A stretch of DNA of 64,000 nt from Gordius albopunctatus (lineage: Eukaryota). The stretch lies in NCBI GenBank assembly GCA_964276515.1, contig OZ193909.1, positions 12,090,001 through 12,154,000 on the forward strand. The letters run 5' to 3'. The notes under the pieces are model-generated. The model was not told the DNA's origin and did not search any database. It saw only the letters and a list, made by a program, of their open reading frames with translations. Every line of letters begins with the position of its first letter. Position 1 is the stretch's first letter. The position numbers were made by a program, and so were the translations under genes. Shown in pieces: positions 1 to 10,957 of this stretch.

Positions 1-313
1 GCAACCATTATTTTTTTGCTTTAAATAAAAAATTTTATTCTAAAAGTAAGTAATACTAATTTAAATAATTTTTTATTTATCCATTTAAATTGTGTGACCT
101 ATGATTGGTTTTGCCAGCGATGATATAATATTTTTAAAAAAACTCTGGGCAAATTTTTTTGCATTAATTTAGGAGATTTGATTTGTCCGTTCAAAGTTTA
201 TGCAAATGCTGTACCTGTCCATTGGTTTTTAAGCTCTATATTTTTAAATCTTTTTATTATATAAAATATCGTGCTTGATCTTAACTCTTAATTAGATTTA
301 AAATTTTATTAAT

Positions 314-624
314 CAGGCCGGGCAGCTCTAACGGTTCGGGCATGGCCGAGCGGACACTAGAAAGGTTCAGGCGGACATTTTATTTAAAAATTTGGACCGG
401 GCCGGGTTCGGGCAGAAAAATTTAAACCAATCTGACCTCTGTTTGGAATCTCTCAAATTCGGGACTAACGGCCAAATTTAATATTTCGGGCCGGGTAATT
501 CGGGCAGCTTTAACCATTCGGGCGGGTCCGGGCGGACACTTAGATGGGTTCGGGCGGGTAATGAAGTTAAAAAATTGAATCGGGCCGGGTTCGGGCAGAA
601 AATTCCAAACAAATCTGACCTCTG
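314..624. mobile_element. Two tandem copies of a hAT-like MITE terminus rich in CGGGC/CCCGA motifs
   Basis: About 314-441 and 486-624 repeat 'cgggccgggttcgggcagaaaa...aatctgacctctg'. Clustered CGGG subterminal motifs are typical of hAT elements. No ORF. Confidence 0.5.
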
Positions 625-934
625 ATTCAAATCACAGTAAAATATACAATGTTGCCCATTAAATGAATGGTATGATGAAGTTTGCTTAAAAACAATTTAA
701 TTTCAAACAACCCTGCTCGTTACCACAGTTTGTTTCAAACAACTCTGCTCGATGGCAGGTTAGTTTTTTCTAACTCATTAATCTGCCAGTGCTTCAAGCG
801 GGTTATTAAGCAGTAGGTGCACGTTACGATTGATGGGAATGGTAGGATATGTATGCATCTACCATGGGTTATGGTTGTAGCATTTAAGCACAATATCACT
901 ACAAATGTTAATAATATAAAGATAATAAATAAAA

Positions 935-2065
935 TACGCCCTTCGGCGGTAACTGGGTGCGCCCGTTGAAGGCTCCGCCCCTAAACTCCCGTTACTTGGG
1001 GGCTCCGCCCCCAGACCCCCGTTTAGGCAAGGAGAGTCGCTGTTTCACATATTTTTTGTTCTAATCTTCATACACATCTATTACTCTTTTATACTACGTA
1101 TAAACAAAGAATATTTGCTATGCAATTTATGTTGGAATCGCCATAATTGCATAGCAAATAAAATATTATTAATGGCAAAAGCTAACGCCAGTGTTTAAGC
1201 TATTGAAAGGAGGGTATTTAATAAGGGAGAATAGGGATATCTCTAGGTTAAAGATAAAGGATATAGTTTTGTGAATTAGAAATTTTTAGGAGGCGAGTTT
1301 TTTTTAATATAATAATGGGCTTGCGAAGAAACAAGCAGCAACAGGCAGTAGCTCCGCTATTGCCTGTGACCGCATACCTTAAAATGTCACAGGTATGGTA
1401 AGTATATCTCAAAAAATTTAGAGGTGCTAAATTGAAACTTTTTGAACTATATTGGCAAATGGTCATTTTTTTCCATTGGTCAGTACCAACAAAAAAGCGA
1501 AAAAAAATCGATTCACACTTTGGCCAATGGTAATTTTTTTCATTGGTCAGCAGCCAGCGGACGGCCAAAAAGCCATATTATCAATGGTATTAACGAGAAC
1601 AATATATTAATTAAATAAAAAAATTTGGCCTCTCCGAGATTCGAACCCACATCAGTAGAAGGATAGGCCTTTGTAGGGGGGGGGGGCACAGGGACTCATA
1701 TCAGTAGAAGCATAGGCCCTTGTAGGAAGGGAGGGGCACAGGGTAATTATCAATGTTAGCCAAAAAAAACGAAAAAAAATTTCGATTCACAATTTGGCCA
1801 ATTGTCATTTTTCCATTGGTCAGCAGCCAGCGGATGGCCAAAAAGCCATATTATCAATGGTATTAACAAGAACAATATATTAATTAAATAAAAAAAATTG
1901 GCCTCTCCGGGATTCGAATACACATCACGAGAGGCATAAGCTTTTGTGAGGTGCGGACGCGGACACGTTCGGTGTGGACGCCGTTGGTGCGGACATAACG
2001 GTGCGTGACACGTTCGGCGTGACATCGGAAAATGGAAAGTGAGCCTATAAATTGCATAGCAATTA
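935..2065 (-). mobile_element. Non-autonomous Helentron-like element (HINE/DINE-1 architecture)
   Basis: Read on the minus strand: subterminal motif TTGCTATGCAAT (2051-2062), then a GTCCGC/GTGTCACGC microsatellite-like block (1950-2025), then ~276-bp tandem units (1450-1940), then an inverted copy of the motif (1114-1160) and GC-rich hairpins GGGGCGGAGCCCC (940-1025). A homologous copy lies at 54728-55625. Confidence 0.6.
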
Positions 2066-2984
2066 AAAGGTGATAACCAATATTAGTTTAGAAATTCAAT
2101 AACTTTAGTGAAATTGTTTGCTCTCGGAAAATATTTTTTAATGAATGTTAACCGCGGCGTCTTTTTTATAAGCGATGGAATAATTGATATTTATCGTCAC
2201 AATATTTTTCCTACACACATCTCTTTAGGAGAATCGTCTACATTAAAAAGAAAATCAGTATTGTGGTATCTTAAAAAAGTTAACATGCAAGCCATATATA
2301 ATAAACTAGCTGACCCGGCAAACGTTGTTTTGCTATATACATTATTTTTAGAATATACTATAAGTGATGTGCACGCTCATCGTTATATCTCGATCATATA
2401 ATGAGCGATTAAAATATAATTGTCCAATGGGAAATAATTCACGAACCTAATGTAGGAATAATTAACACGCTAAATACAAAATATAAATACATAAAGCAAA
2501 GTACTTAACATCAAATTTTTTATTGCTTTGCTTTACACATTTTGCTTATATAAATATACTGTCAAATAAATTAATACATACATACCTAAAGAATTATTAA
2601 ATTTGTAAATTGCCACAGGTTAGTTTTTTATTAAAGGCGCTAAAAACTTTTTTTGGTCCTACTACAAAATCACGATTCTGGCAAATGGCTTTTTCGAACT
2701 TCAATCAAAACCCAAACACGCCCTGAAAATCAGTTTTATTTTTGCGCCTGAACATATTTTAGCGCGTTCAGTTTTTCACTTATTTGGGCAAACTACAATT
2801 CTGCTTACATCCGCTTAGAAACTTTAGGTATATCATTTGCCGCCAACTAAGCCTTATTGCATTGCAATAGGGTCTCATTGTTATCATGTTTTGCTGATAT
2901 ATTGTGTAGTTTAAGCCAACAGGTACCATTATAAACGTAACCCAAATCTCTACCCTCAATTTGCCCTCCGTTAATTTTTACTAT

Positions 2985-3142
2985 TGCTTAAATTGCATAG
3001 CAAATTAATGCTCCCATACTAATTTAGAAGAGGCTAATAAGGCCACACAAAGGCAGCAAGTAGACAGGGGTTTAAGGGGCGGAGCACCTTGAGTAAGGTT
3101 TAGAGGGGCAGCCCCAGCCGGGGTACAGGGGTGAAGCCCTTT
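2985..3142 (+). mobile_element. Helentron-like 3' terminal fragment
   Basis: ATTGCATAGCAA (2992-3003) is followed by GGGGCGGAGC/GGGGCAGCCCC hairpin blocks. A diverged second copy lies at about 3865-4015. Confidence 0.45.
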
Positions 3143-3148
3143 GTTTGA

Positions 3149-3548
3149 ATCTTCTTCTTCTTTATCAGTTATTTGGTCCCACGGTCGTGGGGTTTGTTTT
3201 GATAAGTTTCTTGCATCCTGACCGGGTGAGTGCCATGTCTTGACTACTCTTTAGTTTTGATAACTTTATTGCCTTGCCCGTTCCATGTGACACGGGGTCG
3301 TCCTCTTCCTCTCTTCTCCGGCACCTCCATGTCCACTACTTTTAGATTTAGGTCATTCGTGTCCCCCTTAGTATATGTTCATACCACCTTAACCGATTTT
3401 CGTTAATCATGTCCGCCACATGTTGAATATTTATTTTTGTCATGAGAAAGTCATTCGTCATATGGTCAGGCTTAGTTTACGCCAAGCTCCACCGTAGAAT
3501 TCTCATCTCTGTGGCTTTTATAAGCTTTCCTTCCCTGATGTTTAATGC
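3149..3548 (-). mobile_element. 5'-truncated, degenerate RTE-clade LINE 3' end
   Basis: Closely similar to 9488-9890. Encodes remnants of NENRLRWY.HIL and RRGRGRPRVTW, and ends in an (AAG)n tail. Confidence 0.85.
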
Positions 3549-4537
3549 CGATAATTTATTATCATAATGTCAAGTTCGATAAAAAATAAGGTTAACTCAC
3601 TTTGTTGTTCACGTGTATTCTATCTTTATTTAATTATCTTAATAACCCACAGTCCAAGTTTAAAATGCTCCATATGACCATTGTCTTAGGTTAATTTGTA
3701 TAAGTAGTCCAGCCCGATCCGAAAAGCCATTTTTATTTTTTCCCCCGAATAGAGCCCGGAGCAACATCATTAATCTCAGTTATTTCCAAAACATGCGCAT
3801 ATCCCCTAACTTCCTAAGCAAATCCTCCTTTTTGTTTAAAATATAAGGTCCCTTTTCCTCCCCTGCTTAAATTTCACAGCAAATGAAATGTTTTTCAACG
3901 AAGTGTAGAAGAGCTTAGGTTAAAGGCTCCACAAAAAACAACACGGGGCCCGGGGGCGCTATCTAACACCAAAGAACTGAGGACCTTTTTAGGAGTTAGG
4001 GCGTAGCCCTTCTTAGAGGTCCGAAGAACTGAGGTATATCAATATTTATTGGCACTTTGTTAAAAGTATTTTCATTTTTCTCCTTATTTAACGCGTAAAA
4101 AATCACAAAATTAGATTTTTTAATTTATTTAGCCACGCAGGAGGCGACACGACCGTCGTATAATAATAATTGACGTGAAAAATAAGCAAAAAAATGACTT
4201 TGATATGACGGTCTAGAAAATACTATAAGTGATACACTTTTACTAAAGAACTACTGTATATTCAAATTTTCAAAGAACACGATAGATACGCAGTACGTCA
4301 TGAGGTAGCGTTTGATTGACATTATATTAAACGTCAAAACGTATAAAACTAAATAACTTGACCGTCTTATGACTTAGAAATTTCGAATATAGGTAAAAAC
4401 CTAGGCTCAGATCAGACCTACCAAATATTCGCAGAAATTTTCATCTAAATCGGTCCAGCCGTTTCGGAGGAGTTGAGGACCAAACACCGTGACACGAGAA
4501 TTATATATATATAGATTTTTGTTAAACTCGGCGCGTA

Positions 4538-5110
4538 ACTAGAGCCCTGCACGGGTCGCTCGAAGACCGAGCGAAATTCAAAATAATCGGGCTTCGGTCT
4601 CGGGTCGTGCCCGATGGGGCAGCCCAACCCGAGCCCAAGTAAACCAACCCTTTATAAAATAAGATTTAAATAAACTCGCTTCGATATTTAATAAATCTTC
4701 GCACAGCGTACATAATCTAGCTTCCAAACTTAAGCATTTTTTCCCTGGATATTAATAATATTATAGCCAAAATTGCGAATCTTATTCTAGTCTTTAGATA
4801 CATCCATACTTGATATTACAACAGTAAATATAAAATCTGTAAATAACTCGTAATGCTTAATTATTAAAACTGTTGAATAAAATTATTTGTTAAATAAATG
4901 GCAGAAAGAAAAATTAGGACCTTCATTTTAAATATATATTAATATAAGAATAATAACAACTAGAAATATTTTATGCTTATATAATAATATAATTTTAAAT
5001 GTAAAATGTTTTCATTATGCTCAGATCGGGTCAAAAATAAAACGCCTTTAGGGCTCTTGCAAAATAATAATTGAAACGTCGGGTTCGGGCAGAAGAAATT
5101 CCCCTGCTCA
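4538..5110. mobile_element. Degenerate hAT-like MITE
   Basis: Starts TAGAGCCCTGCACGGG with CCGAGC/TCGGG motifs. Oppositely oriented CGGGTTCGGG motifs occur near 5080. Confidence 0.4.
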
Positions 5111-6540
5111 GCCTTGTCGAGCAGGCACGTGTCGTAAATTTATTAGGTAGTCCCAACGGGGCACAAAAATAACATTGGGGAAATTCTTCCTTATTGATAT
5201 TTTTTAGATGGTTTATTATTTTGTTTTAGTGTAATATTTTGTCACTTTTTAATTTTACCCAATAATAATAATAAATCTAGTTCTAATTCTAAAGATCAAA
5301 AATTTAATTTTTTTCGAAAATATAAAGAAATTGCTGCTAAAAATCATTTTGGGCAAGGCACTTCAGATTTATGAAATTGCACCCGACAGGGTTCCGACAA
5401 AAAACTAGCAAATATGACTTGAGATACAAATTCAGCCTATAGAATTATAATAGTCATTTGATTTTTCTATTGCCCAGTGTCTGTCTATTTTCACCTGGGA
5501 GCATTCACAGTGAATTGTCCATAAAGCCAAACCATTACATCAATGTTTTTGACATATTAAATCAGTTTTTAATCACCTGTGAATGGAAAAACTTTGCTCA
5601 TCGGTGCATGTGGCGTTGGGACGATAAACAAGTGTGGTTATATTAGGCATTGGCTTAACTATAATCAAGTGTCAAGAGCATTCATGAGACAGGTTTTTTG
5701 AGTTTAAGACAAAGACATATGATTATAAAAAAATGTCTGCTTTTAGATTGATGTTTGTGCCATATTTGGCAAAGAATTTAGTTTCTTGCAATATTTTGCA
5801 GTACTTGAAACCAAGAAGGGATAAACATGGTTAATTTATAATAAAAAACCTCAATGTATTGTTGAAATATTACTACAATTTTGCATCTGGCAAACAGGAT
5901 TTAAGGTTCATAATAATATAAATTAGCTTTAGCATACACTAATAAGATAATTGATAAAACTCTTAAAAACTGTTTAAGATTTTATCTGAGGCTATGTTAA
6001 CTCCTAATGTAATGACTTGTTGAATCAAGTAACTTTCAAGGGTGAGACAATATCACAATCACATTCTCCAACAATTTCAATTTATACAATTTTTATATTG
6101 TATATTAAAAAAATAAATATTTGCTGGAATTTTACTTTTAGCATTTAAACGCCATTTTCACTTTAGACATTTAGAAAAAAACATTTATCCAAAAAATTAG
6201 TTACAAAAAATTTAAACCCAAAAATTTTATAACCCCCCTCCTTTGAGGAAATCCTAGTTACACCTATGCAAATTCAGGTTAAAAACATATAATCAAAATA
6301 TAAGCAGAGTTCAGCTTCCACACTAATATACAACAGATCACTTAAATATTTTTTTAATATACATTTAAATGTAAAATATTAAGCCTTGAACTAAATAAAT
6401 TTGACACTGAGGCAAATTTTGATTAAATAAATACTGATAGTTTAGGCTAAAAGATATGAAGGTAATATTGCAATTCAGGTGTTACAAATATAAAAGCATT
6501 TGAAAATAAATCCTTTATTTCTTTATATAATAACATAACA

Positions 6541-7255
6541 CTAATTATTTCGTTGCATCATCTTAGCTTTCTTTAACTTCTTTTGAGAAATTTTCTTTTT
6601 GCTAACTTCCATATCTTCTTGACCAGGTTTTGCAACAGCTTGTTCTTTTTCAACTAAGATAAGTTCAATATGGCATGGGCTTGAAAGGTAGGCTAATAAG
6701 AATTAATATATAACATAAAATTAGCTTACGATTAACTCGACCATGTGCTCTGTAGGTCCTTCGCCTCATTTTTTGGGCCCTATTTACTTGCAAATGCTCA
6801 ATAACTAGGTGATCAGTATCGAGTCCTTTGTATTCAGCATTACTTTCTGCATTTTTTAAAAGCTGCAGAAGAAATTCAGCTGATTTTTTAGGCCATCTAC
6901 CTTGTGTCCACTTCCAGACTTTGGCCTTTATTTTATTATAAATATAGCTAAATTAAGTATTACTTGTGCTTTTCTTCCAACACCGCCATTGTATCGTTTA
7001 AATGGAACAATCTCTTTTTTCGCTATAACATTTTTCAAGTACCTAACTGCCCTTCTTAAATGCATATGCTTGATAGCATGAGCAGTCTCTCTCGTATTCT
7101 ACGAAGATATTTAGATAAAGAAATAATTAAAATTGTTACCTTATAGTGTACTCTTAAGTTGCTCCCACGCGCCTTAACACCTAAAAAAATTATTAGAACG
7201 TAATAAATTAATTACATTTTGAGGTAGTTTCAGGTTCATAACTATATCTCGTCAT
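6541..7255 (-). CDS. RPL17: 60S ribosomal protein L17 (uL22), 5 coding exons: 7255-7216, 7180-7140, 7098-6964, 6925-6730, 6692-6541
   Basis: Manual splicing gives [37 protein letters not shown]...[31 protein letters not shown]...[24 protein letters not shown]...[10 protein letters not shown]. The GT-AG introns are 35, 41, 38 and 37 nt and all keep frame. Stop is TAG at 6541-6543. Confidence 0.97.
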
Positions 7256-9487
7256 CGTTATCTAATTTGTAATTCATTAAAATTATAGCAGTTTTGTTAG
7301 CTTACATGTGAGTATAGGAATTAGATTCAGCCGTCCTTTTATTTAATCCTCCTGGAAAACAGAAATACGCATGAAATGAGCAATAAAACACAATTAATAA
7401 TAAGAGGCGAGAGATAAATAAGAATTAAGACAAAATATTACATGGCACACAACATCCATGAATAGTTGAGAAAAAATATATAGAATTTTTGGGATAAATT
7501 GCAATAACTTTTAAACAAAGATCTCTTTAGACAAAAAGTTAACAATGAATTTCAAAATTACTTTATATTTTAAAAATTAGAGTTGAGATTTTATTTAATG
7601 TTTGAAAGGTTATTTGAATCTAATTTATAAATAAGTTGTTTTATTATATTTAAGAAGTATTCTGCATTAGAGCAAAGTAATATTTTTAATATATCCAGTC
7701 TTAATTACTTTAGTTCTACTAGTAATGTTAATCTTTTAAAAAACATTAATATGGGTTTATAGAAAGAAACATAATCCAATAGTGGTTTTATTTTGACTTT
7801 ATCATACAAAAATTTTAGCTATATGTTTAATAAATGCGGTTTGTAGCAAAAGATTGTATTGTTAATTAAAAACTTACCAATAGCATGAGCTCTATAATTT
7901 GTAGTGTGGTTAATCTGCTTTAATGCTTTGACCACAACGTAAACACACATCTTGCGTACCTTTTTCGACGCGTAAGCTACGCTATCATAGTAAAATGCGC
8001 GAGGGTATGTTCTTACAGCAAAATGAAGCGCTAGCATTAGGCAGTGTGAGCCTGATTAAGACTTTAGATAGATAACAGCTTTATATAAGAAAACGGTGAG
8101 AGAAATTTTCTCATTTAATCTGCTCAGGGAGTAGTACTTATTATTTTTATTTCAAAAGTTCCACCCATATCATGCAGCTTCACATGTGGTATATCGCTTA
8201 GAATATAATACACCCTTTTTTCGATATTTAATAATATACAACGTTGATATTCTATATATTAAAAGCATTTCATCACCTTTATCCACATGTTTTAATCACC
8301 AGAACTATAAAAATTGCAAAATATAAATTTAAAAACATGCCGTATTAAAAAGGTCAAAATATTTATTACGCACTGTGAAAAAATTATATTACACCAGGTT
8401 AATATAGAATATATGAAAATATATATTAAACTAAAACATATTTTTCTCGTGTATAAAAAATAAATTTTTAAATCATTAAATTGAAATATAAATTTTAAAT
8501 AGATTTTCCCCATAATTAAGGAAATTGCAAAAAAATTTAATTCGCACCTTTAATTAAACTATGCTGTTGTCCTCTGGGCTAGAAAAATGATATAATATAA
8601 ATTTAAAAAAATTATGGCAAATTTTATTTGCAAATCATGTAAGTTTGTTTTTAGACAAATGTTGCTTAAAATAACGTTAAATTTTATGAGTAGTATGATG
8701 ACGTAAATGGTTGTGTTAAAGAAGTGTTCACAAAAAGTTGGTGAAGGAAATAGATTGTCGTTGGCCGAATATTCTGGAATGATAGCTTAATTATTATATA
8801 ACTTTAATCTCATTTTTATAATTCAAATTGAGCCCCAAATTTTAAATAAAAAATTTAGAAGCCTTACCCAGGCCCAAATTTTTACATAATAAAATATAAG
8901 GCCCGACTCGGAATTGATGTATTTTAATGAATAATTTAACGCAAATTGTTTGTGATATATAAACTTTATCTTCGGAGACTAAAATTTAAATTTTGCCAAT
9001 TTTTCTATTCAATCGTGGTTAACATTTCAATATTTTTAATTCGGGGGCATAGGAATTTTGGTATTTTATGATAAATGTCTAAAATAAACTTAGATCGTAA
9101 AAATTCAAACATCTAGAAGCAAGGCTTTTGACTTCCCTATTTTTTAGTTATATAAATCTTAATTTTGTTCGAATTTCGAATAATATTAAACGACCAAATG
9201 TAAAATTGGTTTTAAATTTGCTTCTACTTATCACTAGCAGTCCTAGAAACCTTTGAAAAGGTGACTAAAGCCTGGAAATTTTGCTAATTTTATTTTCTTT
9301 TAAAATAAGTGTCGAGCCTTCAAGTACACTAGTTATATTTCACCAATATCATTTCTGAATGTTTCAAGCATTATAAGTCGGCTACTCCATCTCGGTTCAA
9401 AACATTAATGAATAGACTGGGATAGTTTATTTATCAAACTAATCTTATATACTACTTCCTTTTGATCCTTTTAGCTATTTTTATATA

Positions 9488-9958
9488 TCTTCTTCTTCTT
9501 TATCAGTTATTTGGTCCCACATTGGTGGGGTTTGTTTTGATGAGTCTCTTCCATCTTGATCGGGTTAGTGCCATGTCTTGACGAATCTCTTTAGTTTCCA
9601 TAACTTTATCGACTTGCCTTTTCCACGTGACACGGGGTCGTCCTCTTCCTCTCTTCCCCGGTATTTTCATGTCTAGCACTTTTCGATTTACGTCAGCCGG
9701 GTCCCTTCTTAGTATATGCCCATACCACCTAAGCCGATTTTCGTTAATCATGTCCGCCATAGGTTGAATACCCATTTTTGTCATGAGAAAGTCATTCGTC
9801 ATATGGTCGAGTTTAGTATACCCCAAGCTCCACCGTATCATTCTAATCTCCGTGGCTTGTAATAACTTTCCTTCCGTGGTGTTTAATGCCCATGTTTCAC
9901 TTCCATAGAGTAACACCGGTCTTACGATGGATTTGTAAGCTTTGCTCTTCAACCATAA
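9488..9958 (-). mobile_element. 5'-truncated RTE-clade LINE (RT C-terminus plus tail)
   Basis: ORF 9503-9961 contains IVRPVLLYGSETW, ENRLRWYGHILRR and GKRGRGRP. An (AAG)n tail follows the stop codon. Confidence 0.92.
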
Positions 9959-9959
9959 C

Positions 9960-10957
9960 AAATGTTTATTTTAGAATATGGTATAAAACAAAATTACATA
10001 CACGACTAAAAAATATTAAAAACGTGCTATAACTAAACGGATGGCATTGATCCGTGTATGGAAATCGTGTTGGATTTAACGATTTCCATTGTGATCTTTT
10101 GCCTCATAAAAAAAGTATTCTTTGGGATCGTGTGTAATGGAGGTTATATATTTTGAAATTTGTTTTAGGAATTGGCTGCCCTCGAGACCTAAGTTACCGA
10201 GGGTCGTGGCTACTACTGGTACGAAAATAATATTGCTTAGGTATTTGTATTTATCTTCTTTTTTTCTCTCAGTTGAAGAGATGAGGTCGGGAGAGGCGTT
10301 AGATTTGGTAAATATATCAACTGTAGTGAAGTCCCAGCAGACGTTTAGGCCACGAGCCCACGGGATGATCGTTACACCGTCGGGTCTTTTACCATCAGTG
10401 GAGCTTAGGCCAGTGGGTTCAATTGAGTTGGGAAAGCCGGCTTTCTTTAAAAATTGTCCGATTATTTTATTTATTGTGGCATGAGGGGGATGCCGCCCCT
10501 TGCTGAATTGGCAGTGTAGAGGATGATGGCCGTTTGCTGAAACGCGTTAGCGACAGAGGTAGCAGATGAATGGGGACACAATGTCGCAGCCGAGGCGTAG
10601 GCCTATAGCTATTCGAAGTTCCTCGCCCGACAGGTGTAACCCTAGGTTTTGGCTTGGTAGGGCCTCGAGCCATTCGTAACCCCCAGAGGATGCCCAATTG
10701 AAGTGGAGATTTCCCAAAGATAGGTTGTTCGAAGTGAGGTAAGCTACGGAACGTGCTATCAGTGGTAAATCCCATTCCTTTGGGGTGGTTCCAGTTGGGT
10801 GAGTTGCGGAATCATGTTTGAGGTCTTCTCAGGCCAGAAGGGCGCTGTCGAGGTGTGGGTCATGGGTGCGAGTAATTTGTTTGACTAACTCATCCGTTGA
10901 TAAACGGGATGAGATGAAACCTGCAAGTGAGAGTAAACGGGGGGTGGGTCGGATGCC
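9960..10957 (-). mobile_element. 5'-truncated CRE-clade non-LTR retrotransposon: RT thumb, zinc knuckle and restriction-like endonuclease, with 2 in-frame stops
   Basis: My translation of one minus-strand frame, 10957 to 10033: GIRP..LSLAGFISS...KEWDLP...EWLEALPSQNLGLHLSGEELRIAIGLRLG..FICYLC*..NGHHPLHC..GRHPPH..IN.II...EPTGLSSTDGKRPDGVTIIPWARGLNVCWDFT...KKEDKY..FVPVVATTLGNLG..FMRQKITMEIVKSN. A short 3' UTR with AATAAA follows. Confidence 0.85.

Larger units (their letters stand above)
2306..4515 (-). mobile_element. Non-autonomous Helitron with internal cargo
   Basis: Minus-strand 5' end is A|TCTATATATATAATTCTCGTGTCAC...AACTCCTCCGAAACGGCTGGACCGATTT at 4515. The 3' end is a GCAAAACAACGTTTGC hairpin followed by CCGGGTCAGCTAG|T at 2306. 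This gives TC...CTAG termini at an A|T site with no TSD. Pairing of the two ends is inferred. Confidence 0.7.

Noticed and set aside
1450..1940. Repeat array as a CRISPR or tRNA cluster
   Set aside because: Eukaryotic context, long units without unique spacers, and no cloverleaf; only a T-arm-like motif is present.
4230..4255. CTTTTACTAAAGA resembling U5 snRNA loop 1
   Set aside because: Lacks the invariant GCC before the U-run, a closing stem and a downstream Sm site, and lies inside the Helitron.
5300..5830. Exon-like frames (GKTLLIGACGVG...; IDVCAIFGKEF...) with a possible intron at about 5692-5746
   Set aside because: Upstream in-frame stops, no usable start or acceptor, and no recognisable family.
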